Assembly: GCA_964493085.1 (NCBI GenBank) | Contig: CAZBLV010000013.1 | Span: 2,033 to 66,032, forward strand | DNA from: an uncultured Candidatus Saccharibacteria bacterium | Lineage (GTDB): Bacteria; Patescibacteriota; Minisyncoccia; Minisyncoccales; GWA2-38-27 | Reading direction: 5' to 3' | DNA length: 64,000 nt | Shown here: in pieces, positions 18,887 through 31,276 of the stretch | Numbering within the stretch: the stretch's first letter is position 1 | How the letters are laid out: each line of letters starts with the position of its first letter | The notes under the pieces: model-generated | What the model was told of the DNA's origin: nothing | Seen by the model: only the letters and a program-made list of their open reading frames with translations | Databases searched by the model: none | Position numbers and translations under genes: made by a program

Positions 18887-18961
18887 GCGGACGTAGCTTA
18901 GCTGGCTTAAAGCGCCGCCCTGTCACGGCGGAGATCGTGGGTTCAAATCCCATCGTCCGCG
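18887..18961 (+). tRNA. tRNA-Asp (GUC)
   Basis: Acceptor GCGGACG/CGTCCGC, anticodon arm CCGCC-CTGTCAC-GGCGG, T loop TTCAAAT. No CCA is encoded. Confidence 0.85.
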
Positions 18962-19084
18962 CTTTAAGGAAAAATCATTATTTTTTGACTCGAAAATCTG
19001 GCGATTAGGCTGGAATTTTTTTATGCATTTTTCCCCAATTTTTACCTTGATTCAGAAGGATTTTTAAGGTAAAATAAGTATAAT

Positions 19085-20083
19085 ATGGACTTAAATGAAA
19101 TAAAAGAAAAAGCCCTAGAGGAGGCGAAAGCAGCCCAGAATGCAGAGGATTTAGCTGTTTGCAGAAAGAAATATTTAGGCAAAAAAGGGGAGTTGACAAA
19201 GATCTTTTCTTCGCTTAAGAATTCTTCGCAAAAAGCTGAAACAGGGGAAAAAGCTAATGAATTGAAAAAAGAAATAGTAGCAATTCTTGAAGAAAAAGAG
19301 AAATCTTTTAAAACCCAGAAGAGCAAGAAGAGAGAAGCTCTTGATATAACTATTCCAGCCGAGAAAGTGGAGACAGGCCACCTGCATCCTCTTACGCTTA
19401 TTAGGAGAAAGATTGAAGAGATTTTTCAGGGAATGGGCTTTTCTGTTGCCGAAGGACCTGAAATTGAGACCGAATTTTATAACTTCGATGCCTTAAATAT
19501 CCCCAAAGAGCATCCGGCACGGGATCTTTGGGACACTTTTTATTTAAAGGACGGGACGCTTTTAAGAACCCACACTTCCCCTGTGCAGATAAGGTACATG
19601 GAAAAGAACAATCCCCCTCTTAGAATCATAGCCCCGGGCAGGATTTATAGACATGAGGCAACAGACGCCTCTCACGACTTCCAGTTTTATCAGGTAGAAG
19701 GGCTGATGGTGGGGGATAATATCTCTGTTGCTAATTTCAGGGCTATTATTCAGGAATTTTTATCCCAGTTTTTCAGAAAAGCAATAAAAATCAGGTTGAG
19801 ACCCGGTTATTTCCCTTTCACAGAGCCTTCTTTTGAAGTAGATATTGCATGCATTGTTTGCAAGGGCAGGGGGTGCAGCGTTTGTTCTAATACCGGATGG
19901 CTGGAGTTAATCGGAGCTGGCATGGTTCATCCCAACGTTTTAAAGTCAAGCGGCCTTAACCCAAAAAATTGGCAGGGGTTTGCCTTCGGAATCGGAATGG
20001 ACAGGCTTGCGATGATGAAATACAGGATTGACGATATAAGGCTGTTCCGGTCCGGAGATACAAGATTTTTAGAACAATTTTAA
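19085..20083 (+). CDS. pheS: phenylalanyl-tRNA synthetase alpha subunit
   Basis: HPLTLIRRKIEEIFQGMGF, LLRTHTSPVQIRYM, FRHEATDASHDFQFYQVEG, GFAFGIGMDRLAM. Confidence 0.95.
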   Translation: MDLNEIKEKALEEAKAAQNAEDLAVCRKKYLGKKGELTKIFSSLKNSSQKAETGEKANELKKEIVAILEEKEKSFKTQKSKKREALDITIPAEKVETGHLHPLTLIRRKIEEIFQGMGFSVAEGPEIETEFYNFDALNIPKEHPARDLWDTFYLKDGTLLRTHTSPVQIRYMEKNNPPLRIIAPGRIYRHEATDASHDFQFYQVEGLMVGDNISVANFRAIIQEFLSQFFRKAIKIRLRPGYFPFTEPSFEVDIACIVCKGRGCSVCSNTGWLELIGAGMVHPNVLKSSGLNPKNWQGFAFGIGMDRLAMMKYRIDDIRLFRSGDTRFLEQF

Positions 20084-20085
20084 CT

Positions 20086-24044
<3,959 letters not shown>

Positions 24045-24051
24045 CGGATGC

Positions 24052-24080
24052 TTGACTTTAGCCCGGCTTTTGGATATTAT
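24052..24080 (+). promoter_or_regulatory. sigma70-like promoter upstream of secE
   Basis: TTGACT (24052-24057), 17-nt spacer, TATTAT (24075-24080). Confidence 0.45.
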
Positions 24081-24113
24081 TAGTCCAGAAGCCCGGAAGG
24101 CTTTTTTTAAACA

Positions 24114-24311
24114 ATGAAAATTTCTATTTTTTCCAAAAGCATTGCTTTTCTGAAAGAAGTCAAAATCGAAATGAAAAAAGTAAACTGGCCGACAAGGACA
24201 GAAACTTTCAGATATACCCTTATAATAGTCGGGACTTCTCTTGTTGTGGCTGCATTTTTGGGCGGACTCGATTTTGTTTTTTCTGTCCTGCTTAATGTTT
24301 TTGTTTTTTAA
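24114..24311 (+). CDS. secE: preprotein translocase subunit SecE
   Basis: 65 aa; FLKEVKIEMKKVNWPTRTETFRYTLIIVGTSLVVAAFLGGLDF; lies upstream of nusG. Confidence 0.9.
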   Translation: MKISIFSKSIAFLKEVKIEMKKVNWPTRTETFRYTLIIVGTSLVVAAFLGGLDFVFSVLLNVFVF

Positions 24312-24314
24312 TCT

Positions 24315-24860
24315 ATGCCAAAACAAAAATTACCCCAAGAAAGAAATTGGTATGTTATTCACACTTATTCTGGATACGAAGAGGCGGTGGCAAAGAGCCT
24401 TAGGCAGAGAGTGGAGTCTTTAGGCATGGAAGACAAAATATTTGATGTCTTGGTGCCGAAAGAAAAGAAGATTAAGATTAAAAGCGGCAAGAGAAAAAAC
24501 GTTGAAGAAAAAATCTATCCGGGATATGTGCTGGTGGAAATGATTGTTACCGATGATTCCTGGTATATAGTGAGAAACACGCCCAATGTCACGGGGTTTG
24601 TGGGAGTAGGAACCACTCCAGTGCCGGTTTCTCAAGAAGAAATTGACAGCCTGAAGAAAAGAATGGGGGCAGAAACTCCTAGTTACAAGATCGAGGTGAA
24701 AGAAGGAGACTCTGTAAAAATTATTGACGGGCCCTTTAAGGATTCAGACGGAAAGGTTTCAGAAGTTGACCAAGCAAGAGGCAAGGTCAAGGTAATGGTC
24801 AATATGTTTGGTCGCGACACTCCGGTAGAGTTGGATTCTTTGCAAATTAAGAAACTATAA
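24315..24860 (+). CDS. nusG: transcription termination/antitermination factor NusG
   Basis: [22 protein letters not shown], and the KOW motif [22 protein letters not shown]. Confidence 0.95.
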   Translation: MPKQKLPQERNWYVIHTYSGYEEAVAKSLRQRVESLGMEDKIFDVLVPKEKKIKIKSGKRKNVEEKIYPGYVLVEMIVTDDSWYIVRNTPNVTGFVGVGTTPVPVSQEEIDSLKKRMGAETPSYKIEVKEGDSVKIIDGPFKDSDGKVSEVDQARGKVKVMVNMFGRDTPVELDSLQIKKL

Positions 24861-24864
24861 AATT

Positions 24865-25290
24865 ATGGCAAAAAAAACAATAGCTGTTGTAAAACTTCAA
24901 ATTAAAGCAGGTCAAGCCAGCCCTGCCCCTCCCATAGGACCGTCTTTGGCCCAGCACGGCATAAACATTTCTGATTTTTGCCAGAAGTTTAACGACGAAA
25001 CTAAAGACAAAAGCGGAAGCACCATTCCAGCAGAAATAACCATTTATGAAGATAGGAGTTTTGATTTCAAGTTAAAAAAGCCCCCCGCTTCAGAGCTGTT
25101 AAAGAAAGCGGCCGGGGTAGAGAAGGGGTCTGGCGTGCCTAACAAGAAGAAAATAGGCAAAATTACCAGAGACCAGCTTAAAGAAATAGCCCAAGAAAAA
25201 ATGGAAGACCTAAACACGGATGATGTAGAGCAAGCGATGAAAGTGATCGAAGGCACCGCCAAGAATATGGGAATTGAGATAGGAAATTAA
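24865..25290 (+). CDS. rplK: ribosomal protein L11
   Basis: [35 protein letters not shown]. Confidence 0.95.
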   Translation: MAKKTIAVVKLQIKAGQASPAPPIGPSLAQHGINISDFCQKFNDETKDKSGSTIPAEITIYEDRSFDFKLKKPPASELLKKAAGVEKGSGVPNKKKIGKITRDQLKEIAQEKMEDLNTDDVEQAMKVIEGTAKNMGIEIGN

Positions 25291-25305
25291 TAATTTATCG
25301 ATCAA

Positions 25306-25812
25306 ATGGAGGAAAACAAAAACAAATCTAAATATGTTCGGCCCGATTGGGACAATTACTTTTTAAATTTATTGGATCCTTTGAGTAAAAGGGCGACTTG
25401 CGACAGAGGACGCAACTCAGCAATCATTGTAAGCCCCGGAAATACTATTCTGGCCACAGGATATGTGGGATCTCCTCCGGGACAACCTCACTGCGACGAA
25501 GTCGGCCATATGATGGTAACAGTAATTGACGGGAATGGAAACAAGTCGCAGCATTGCGTAAGAACTTTGCATGCTGAAGAGAACGCTATTTTGCAGTGCG
25601 CCAAAGACGGAATAAGAGTTGAGGGAGCCACCCTTTATTGCAAAATGGCACCTTGCTACAATTGCGCTATGAGAATAGTGCGAGTAGGCATAAAAAGGGT
25701 AGTGGCCAAAAAAAAATATCATGCCGGCCAAATGGCTCTGGACTTGTTTGAGAGTGCGGGGGTGAAGATGGATATTATTGACGATTCAGTAGAAGATTAC
25801 AGCCAGCAATAA
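25306..25812 (+). CDS. dCMP deaminase (cytidine/deoxycytidylate deaminase family)
   Basis: Zinc motifs HAEENAI and PCYNCAMRIV; N-terminal WDNYFLNL typical of dCMP deaminases. Confidence 0.85.
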   Translation: MEENKNKSKYVRPDWDNYFLNLLDPLSKRATCDRGRNSAIIVSPGNTILATGYVGSPPGQPHCDEVGHMMVTVIDGNGNKSQHCVRTLHAEENAILQCAKDGIRVEGATLYCKMAPCYNCAMRIVRVGIKRVVAKKKYHAGQMALDLFESAGVKMDIIDDSVEDYSQQ

Positions 25813-25868
25813 ATAGATGCTTTTAAAGGGCTTTGACAGCCCTTTTTTTAAATGTATTATTAATTAAA

Positions 25869-26489
25869 ATGATTGAGAATACTAACCAAGGAAAATTTAT
25901 TGTTTTTGAGGGCCCGGACGGATCAGGCCAAAGTACTCAGGTCTCCTTATTAAGGGATTTTTTAATAGAGAAAGGACATCAGGCGATTATTACCAAAGAG
26001 CCCACCCTGGACTCTGAAGCAGGCAAGAAAATAAAAAAGGTCTTAGAAAAAGAGGTTGAGGCAAGCCCGGAAGAGCTCCAGGAACTGTTTGTTCAAGACA
26101 GAAAGGAACATCTAGAGAACCTGATTATTCCTGCCTTAAAAGAAGGGAAATTCATTATATCTGATCGCTATTTCTTTTCTACTTTTTGCTTCGGAGCCGC
26201 TGCCGGTCTTGATATGGAAGAGCTAATCAAAATGAATAATGATTTTTTGCTTCCAGACCTCACTTTTATACTAAATGTTAGACCCGAAGTCTGCGTCCAA
26301 AGAATTACAAATAGGGGAAGCAAGAAAACGCTTTTTGAGGTAAAAGAAAGATTGGGAAAGGTAATGGAGAATTACAAGAAAATGCCTTCCCGATTTGAGA
26401 ATGTTAACCTTGTTAATGGCGAACAGCCAATAGGAAAAGTTTTCGAGGACATAAAAGAGGTTGTTTACTTAGAAATTTTAAATAAATAA
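25869..26489 (+). CDS. tmk: thymidylate kinase
   Basis: ATG 25869; P-loop FIVFEGPDGSGQSTQ; DRYFFST. Confidence 0.85.
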   Translation: MIENTNQGKFIVFEGPDGSGQSTQVSLLRDFLIEKGHQAIITKEPTLDSEAGKKIKKVLEKEVEASPEELQELFVQDRKEHLENLIIPALKEGKFIISDRYFFSTFCFGAAAGLDMEELIKMNNDFLLPDLTFILNVRPEVCVQRITNRGSKKTLFEVKERLGKVMENYKKMPSRFENVNLVNGEQPIGKVFEDIKEVVYLEILNK

Positions 26490-26495
26490 AGCAAA

Positions 26496-27182
26496 ATGGC
26501 AGAGATATTAAAAAACGCGGGCTCTCACAGAATTCTTTCCATAATGGCGGGCCTGGAAGGAGAAAACCCGCTTCAGCTGATTGAAGTTGCTGGAAGGACT
26601 GCTTATCAAAGCAGAGATAAAGTTGACGACGAATCGGCAGCAAAGTTTGTAGAAATGATAAGAAAAAGGGGGCATGAGTCAGTGTTAGAGCATTCTTGTA
26701 TGGCAGTGGAATTTGATAATGTCTGCCGAGGATTTACCCACGAGCTGGTTCGCCACAGATTGGCAGCTTACACCCAAGAGTCCACGAGGTATGTTGACGA
26801 GAGCGACTTTAAGGTAGTTGTTCCTCCCGATAAAGACGCCAGCGAAAAATTGGTAGATCTTAATCTTCCGAATGGAGAAAAAACGAGAGTTTCTTTTAAA
26901 GACTGGGTTGCCCTTAACGAACAAATGTACAGGGGATTGAGAAAAGCAGGATGGGTTCCCCAGGACGCCAGGCAGACCCTTCCCATAGGAATCAAGGCCC
27001 AAATTGTAGCTACGGCTAATTTTAGGGAATGGCGTCACATTTTTACTTTAAGGTGTTCTCCTGGGGCTCACTGGGAAATAAGAAGAGTAATGACAAATCT
27101 CTTAAAAGAGGTAAAAAAGAGAATTCCGGTTGTTTTTGACGACTTTGAAATTTCAGAAGAGGGCGCCCAGAAGAAATCATAA
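26496..27182 (+). CDS. thyX: flavin-dependent thymidylate synthase
   Basis: ThyX signature ELVRHRLAAYTQESTRY (RHRxxSxxxxSxRY-like). Confidence 0.9.
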   Translation: MAEILKNAGSHRILSIMAGLEGENPLQLIEVAGRTAYQSRDKVDDESAAKFVEMIRKRGHESVLEHSCMAVEFDNVCRGFTHELVRHRLAAYTQESTRYVDESDFKVVVPPDKDASEKLVDLNLPNGEKTRVSFKDWVALNEQMYRGLRKAGWVPQDARQTLPIGIKAQIVATANFREWRHIFTLRCSPGAHWEIRRVMTNLLKEVKKRIPVVFDDFEISEEGAQKKS

Positions 27183-27186
27183 ACCT

Positions 27187-28647
27187 ATGAAGTATACTCC
27201 TGTTATTGGGCTGGAAATACATGTAGAGCTGAAAACTCGCTCTAAAATGTTTTGTTCTTGCCCGAATGATCCAGACGTCAAAGAGGCAAATGCCAATATT
27301 TGCCCCATTTGCATGGGACATCCGGGCACGCTTCCGGTTATTAACAAAGAAGCGGTCAGGAAAGTTGTTAAGGCAGGATTGGCTTTGAATTGCGAAGTGC
27401 CAGAATTCTCTAAGTTCGACAGGAAAAGCTATTTTTATCCTGATCTCCCCAAGGGATACCAGATTTCTCAGTATGACATGCCTTTATGCGAAAAAGGGCA
27501 ATTAACGGTTGGCGAAAAAAAAGTAAGGATAACAAGAATCCATTTGGAAGAAGACACAGGAAGCTTGCAGCACTCCTCAAAAGACAATGCTTCCCTGGTT
27601 AATTTTAACAGGGCAGGGATTCCCTTAATGGAACTTGTTACGGAGCCTGATCTTTCTTCCGGGAAAGAAGCAAGAGCTTTTGCAGAAGAACTAAGGCTGA
27701 TTTTAAGATATCTGGAAGTTTCCCTGGCTGATATGGAAAAAGGCCAGATGAGAGTGGAAGTAAATATTAGTCTTAGCAGGGATTCAAAAAAGGGGACTAA
27801 GGTAGAAATAAAAAATCTTAATTCTTTCAGGGCGGTAGAGAAGGCTGTTGATTATGAGATTGAAAGACAGCAAGAAGTGCTAGAGGAAGGAAAAAGCGTT
27901 ATCCAGGAGACTAGGGGATGGGATGAAAAGAAAGGGGAGACTGTCAGCCAGAGAGAAAAAGAAGAAGCTCACGACTATAGATATTTACCCGAGCCCGACC
28001 TGCCAACCCTTAGGATAGACCCAGAATTTTTATCTGAAATTAAAGCAGAAATTCCAGAACTTCCTTCTCAGAAAAGAAAAAGATTTCTCGAGCAGTATCC
28101 CATAGAAGACAAAATGGCAGATTTCTTTACTTTTAACAAAGAGGCGGGGGAGTATTTCGAAAAAGTTTGTTCAGAATTAAGAAACTGGCTTAAGGATTTC
28201 GGGATAAAAGAAGAGAAAGAGATCGAAAGGGCTTCCAGGCTGGCCTCAAATTACATATCTTCTGATCTCATAGGCCTTCTTGGAGGAGATTCGATAGAGA
28301 GTATTCTTATAACACCTGAAAATTTTGCAGAATTTATCGCTCTTCTTTACAAAAAAGAAATATCAAGCAAGATAGCAAAGCAGGTCTTAAAAGAGATGCT
28401 TAAAACAGGGGCAGATCCTTCTCATATTATTAAAGACAAAGGATTGTCCCAGATCAGCGATGAGTCAGAGATAGGGGGGATTGTTAAAAAAGTTTTGTCT
28501 GAAAACAAAAAAGCGGTTGAAGATTACAAAAAAGGGAAAGAAAATGCTCTGAAATTTCTTGTGGGTCAGGCAATGGCAGTCACCAAAGGAAGAGCAGAGC
28601 CAGAGAGGTTGAACAAAATTCTTAAAAAGGCGATAGGACAGTTGTAA
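27187..28647 (+). CDS. gatB: Asp/Glu-tRNA amidotransferase subunit B (separated from gatCA by 9 kb)
   Basis: ATG 27187 (MKYTPVIGLEIHVELKT). Motifs: CPICMGHPGTLP, YFYPDLPKGYQISQ, and a C-terminal YqeY-like domain. Confidence 0.9.
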   Translation: MKYTPVIGLEIHVELKTRSKMFCSCPNDPDVKEANANICPICMGHPGTLPVINKEAVRKVVKAGLALNCEVPEFSKFDRKSYFYPDLPKGYQISQYDMPLCEKGQLTVGEKKVRITRIHLEEDTGSLQHSSKDNASLVNFNRAGIPLMELVTEPDLSSGKEARAFAEELRLILRYLEVSLADMEKGQMRVEVNISLSRDSKKGTKVEIKNLNSFRAVEKAVDYEIERQQEVLEEGKSVIQETRGWDEKKGETVSQREKEEAHDYRYLPEPDLPTLRIDPEFLSEIKAEIPELPSQKRKRFLEQYPIEDKMADFFTFNKEAGEYFEKVCSELRNWLKDFGIKEEKEIERASRLASNYISSDLIGLLGGDSIESILITPENFAEFIALLYKKEISSKIAKQVLKEMLKTGADPSHIIKDKGLSQISDESEIGGIVKKVLSENKKAVEDYKKGKENALKFLVGQAMAVTKGRAEPERLNKILKKAIGQL

Positions 28648-28649
28648 TA

Positions 28650-28684
28650 AAAAAGCGCAGGTATTTTTTTCTGCGCTTTTTTTG
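28650..28684. terminator. bidirectional rho-independent terminator between gatB and the convergent orphan gene
   Basis: The AAAAAGCGCAG ... CTGCGCTTTTT hairpin is flanked by an A-run and a T-run. Confidence 0.75.
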
Positions 28685-28687
28685 TTG

Positions 28688-29002
28688 CTAAAATTCGTCA
28701 AAGTCCATGCTTTGAGCTATTCTTGCGATCATCTCGTAGCCGCCGAACAGGTTGTAAGCGATTTGAGGGGGAATAAAAACGTTCAGCGCCAAAGCCGTCA
28801 TAATGACATCCAGCACGGTAAGGCCCTCGACTTCGCTGACAGCCTTAAAATAGTTTCTGCTAAGGTCTCCGTCGGAGGCCCTTATTATATGGGTTTTTTT
28901 ACCGGGAAATTTGGGAGAAGCCACTATTAAAACCTCTCCGTCTTCGTTGATTGATATCCGGCAGTCAACCGTTCTTGTTCTCAGACGGACTGTCGCTCCC
29001 AT
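28688..29002 (-). CDS. orphan hypothetical protein (104 aa), GC-enriched
   Basis: AAGGAG Shine-Dalgarno 7 nt upstream, its own promoter, and a shared terminator. Sampled GC is ~45-55% against AT-rich flanks. There is a hydrophobic central segment and an acidic tail MDFDEF. No family recognised. Confidence 0.65.
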   Translation of the reverse strand: MGATVRLRTRTVDCRISINEDGEVLIVASPKFPGKKTHIIRASDGDLSRNYFKAVSEVEGLTVLDVIMTALALNVFIPPQIAYNLFGGYEMIARIAQSMDFDEF

Positions 29003-29046
29003 GCTTTTCTCCTTTAGGTTGTTTTGTTGACAAAGATCTATTTAAT

Positions 29047-29074
29047 ATTATAACTGATTTTCAAATTTTAGCAA
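29047..29074 (-). promoter_or_regulatory. sigma70-like promoter for the orphan gene
   Basis: The minus strand reads TTGCTA (29074-29069), a 16-nt spacer, then TATAAT (29052-29047). Confidence 0.5.
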
Positions 29075-29083
29075 GCCCCCAGC

Positions 29084-29971
29084 TTATTGTGCCAGAAACT
29101 TTTTTGCTTTCTTTTCCGCCTCTTTTTGGCTTTTTATCCAATGGATTCTTTTGTTTTTTTTGAACCAAGTCATTTGGCGCTTGGCAAAATGTTCTATTTC
29201 TTTTTGCAATCTTTCTTCCATTTCCTCTCTGGTAATCTTTTTTTGAAGATATTTTGCCACCCATTTATATTCAAGACCCAGGCCTTCTAGCCTTTTCCAG
29301 GAGAGTCCCGCTTGTTTCAGTTTTCTAACTTCAGCTACCATTCCTCTTTTTAGTCTTTTTTTTAGCCTTTGCTCTATCCTTTTTTTAAGTTTTCCAAACT
29401 CTTTTTTAACGCCCAAGATCAAGACGTCAAATTGAGGGGGGGATTTTTCAATAAAGGGGACTGGCTTTCCTGTTTTATAAATAATTTCAAGGGCTCTTAT
29501 CAGTCTTCTTTTGTTGCGCTTGTCAATGTTTCCGGCTCTTTTCGGATCTTTTTTCTTTAATAAAAAGAAAAGCTCCTCTAAAGATTTCTTCTCTAATTTT
29601 TTTCTAAGGCTCCAGTCGGGTTTTACTTTGGGAATCTTAATGCCATCCACAATGGTTTGGATGTAAAAGGCGGTTCCTCCTACCAAGAAAGGAACTTTTC
29701 CTTTTTTTTGGATCTGTTCTATGGCCCTTAAGGCTCTTTTTTTGTATTGGGCTACCGTAAACTTTCTTTTAGGGGAAGCTACGTCCAGAAGATAATGGGG
29801 GACGCCCTTCATTTCCTTTTTGGTTGCTTTTCCGGTGCCGATATCCATTTTCTTATACACTTGTCTGGAGTCAGCAGAAACCACCTCTCCATTGAATTTC
29901 TTGGCCAGCTTTATGGAAAGATCGGTTTTTCCGGCAGAGGTCGGCCCCAAAATTACAATTAGCTTTTTCAT
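29084..29971 (-). CDS. miaA: tRNA dimethylallyltransferase
   Basis: Start ATG 29971 (MKKLIVILGPTSAGKTDLSIKLA...SADSRQVYKKMDIGTGK). There is an ATGA overlap with the miaB stop. Confidence 0.9.
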   Translation of the reverse strand: MKKLIVILGPTSAGKTDLSIKLAKKFNGEVVSADSRQVYKKMDIGTGKATKKEMKGVPHYLLDVASPKRKFTVAQYKKRALRAIEQIQKKGKVPFLVGGTAFYIQTIVDGIKIPKVKPDWSLRKKLEKKSLEELFFLLKKKDPKRAGNIDKRNKRRLIRALEIIYKTGKPVPFIEKSPPQFDVLILGVKKEFGKLKKRIEQRLKKRLKRGMVAEVRKLKQAGLSWKRLEGLGLEYKWVAKYLQKKITREEMEERLQKEIEHFAKRQMTWFKKNKRIHWIKSQKEAEKKAKKFLAQ

Positions 29972-31194
29972 TTTTTTATTTCGCCTTTTAGCCCCCAAGG
30001 AAGGGCTTTTGTTATCTTTATCTCTGTAAACTGGCCAGAAAGGTCTTTGGCAAGGGAACGGAACTTCACTGTCTTATGGGTTCTGGTTTTGCCGGTACAG
30101 AAACCATTGGAACAGCCGGAGACTAGAATTATTTCTGTTTTTCCTATATATTTTTTATTATTTTCCAGCGCGGTCTTTTTTAACACTTTTGTCAGCATCT
30201 TTTCTCTTCTATTTTTTTCTTTTGAAGAAACGTCGTCCTTCATTTTTAAAGCAGCTGTTTGCGGGCGAGGGGAGTACTTGGCAACATATGCCATGTCATA
30301 CTTTATTTCTTCAAACAGCTTTAGGGTATTGTTAAATTGTTTTTCCGTCTCTCCCGGAAATCCCACGATGATGTCAGTGGAAATAGCTATATTGGGAATC
30401 GCTTTCCTTATTTCCTTTACCAACTTTTTATATTGCTTTATTGTATAGGAGCGATTCATCCTTTTTAATATTTTATTGTCTCCTGACTGGACAGGAAGAT
30501 TGAGATATTCTGTAACTTTTTCAGAGCCAGCCATGGTTTGGATGAGTTCGCTTGGAAAGTCCTTCGGATGGGGGGAGGTGAACCTTATCCAGAAGTCTCC
30601 CGGAATATCGTTGATCTTTTTCAAAAGGGCAGAAAAGCTTGTTTTTCCGCTCTTGTAGGTATTTACATTTTGCCCCAAGAGCCATATCTCTTTGTATCCC
30701 TTATCTGCTAAATCCTTAACTTCTTTAATTATATTTTTGGCAGGCCGGGATATTTCTCTTCCTCGGGTAAGGGGAACCACGCAATAAGAGCAGAAGTTGT
30801 TGCATCCTGTCATAACGGGCAGAAAAGCCGAAAAATTATTTGAATAATCTGGCTTAATCTCCAGATAATTTTCAGGGAGCAGCTTGCTAAAGATCCTTGG
30901 CCAGTTCGGCAAGTCTTTTATGTTTAGCAGATAATCAAAATTCTTTGATAGATTCTTTCTGTCTTTATTTAAAATACACCCTGTTAGTATTGTTTTTTTG
31001 CCCTTTAGCTTCGGTTCTAGTCCGTAAACTCTGTCTACGGCTGACTGTCTTACAGAGCACATGTTGACTATAACCAAATCGGCCTCTTTTATATTAAAAA
31101 CGGGTTTGTGGTTTGAGTTTTTCAAGGCAGCGGAGATTCTTTCACTGTCTGATTTATTCATCTGGCAGCCAAAAGTAATTATATGATATTTCAT
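29968..31194 (-). CDS. miaB: tRNA-i6A37 methylthiotransferase
   Basis: MKYHIITFGCQMN; radical-SAM motif CNNFCSYCVVP; C-terminal TRAM domain. The start at 31194 is preferred over the tracked 31230 because of the promoter spacing. Confidence 0.85.
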   Translation of the reverse strand: MKYHIITFGCQMNKSDSERISAALKNSNHKPVFNIKEADLVIVNMCSVRQSAVDRVYGLEPKLKGKKTILTGCILNKDRKNLSKNFDYLLNIKDLPNWPRIFSKLLPENYLEIKPDYSNNFSAFLPVMTGCNNFCSYCVVPLTRGREISRPAKNIIKEVKDLADKGYKEIWLLGQNVNTYKSGKTSFSALLKKINDIPGDFWIRFTSPHPKDFPSELIQTMAGSEKVTEYLNLPVQSGDNKILKRMNRSYTIKQYKKLVKEIRKAIPNIAISTDIIVGFPGETEKQFNNTLKLFEEIKYDMAYVAKYSPRPQTAALKMKDDVSSKEKNRREKMLTKVLKKTALENNKKYIGKTEIILVSGCSNGFCTGKTRTHKTVKFRSLAKDLSGQFTEIKITKALPWGLKGEIKK

Positions 31195-31201
31195 ATTGGG
31201 C

Positions 31202-31230
31202 ATTTTATCTTGAAGGGGATTGAAAAACAA
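31202..31230 (-). promoter_or_regulatory. candidate promoter giving a leaderless miaB-miaA mRNA
   Basis: The minus strand reads TTGTTT (31230-31225), a 17-nt spacer, TAAAAT (31207-31202), then 7 nt to ATG 31194. Confidence 0.35.
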
Positions 31231-31242
31231 GGCCTTTGTAAT

Positions 31243-31271
31243 AAAAAAGCCCTTGTTGGCCGGGCTTTTTT
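31243..31271. terminator. rho-independent terminator downstream of the 540-aa gene
   Basis: An AAAAAAGCCC ... GGGCTTTTTT hairpin with A- and T-runs on both sides. Confidence 0.6.
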
Positions 31272-31276
31272 ATTGT

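Noticed and set aside
24081-24113. A hairpin GAAGCC-cggaa-GGCTTT plus T-run, just upstream of secE, as a gyrB terminator.
   Set aside because: The stem is short (5-6 bp, including a G-U pair) and lies downstream of the predicted secE promoter. It is too ambiguous to call.
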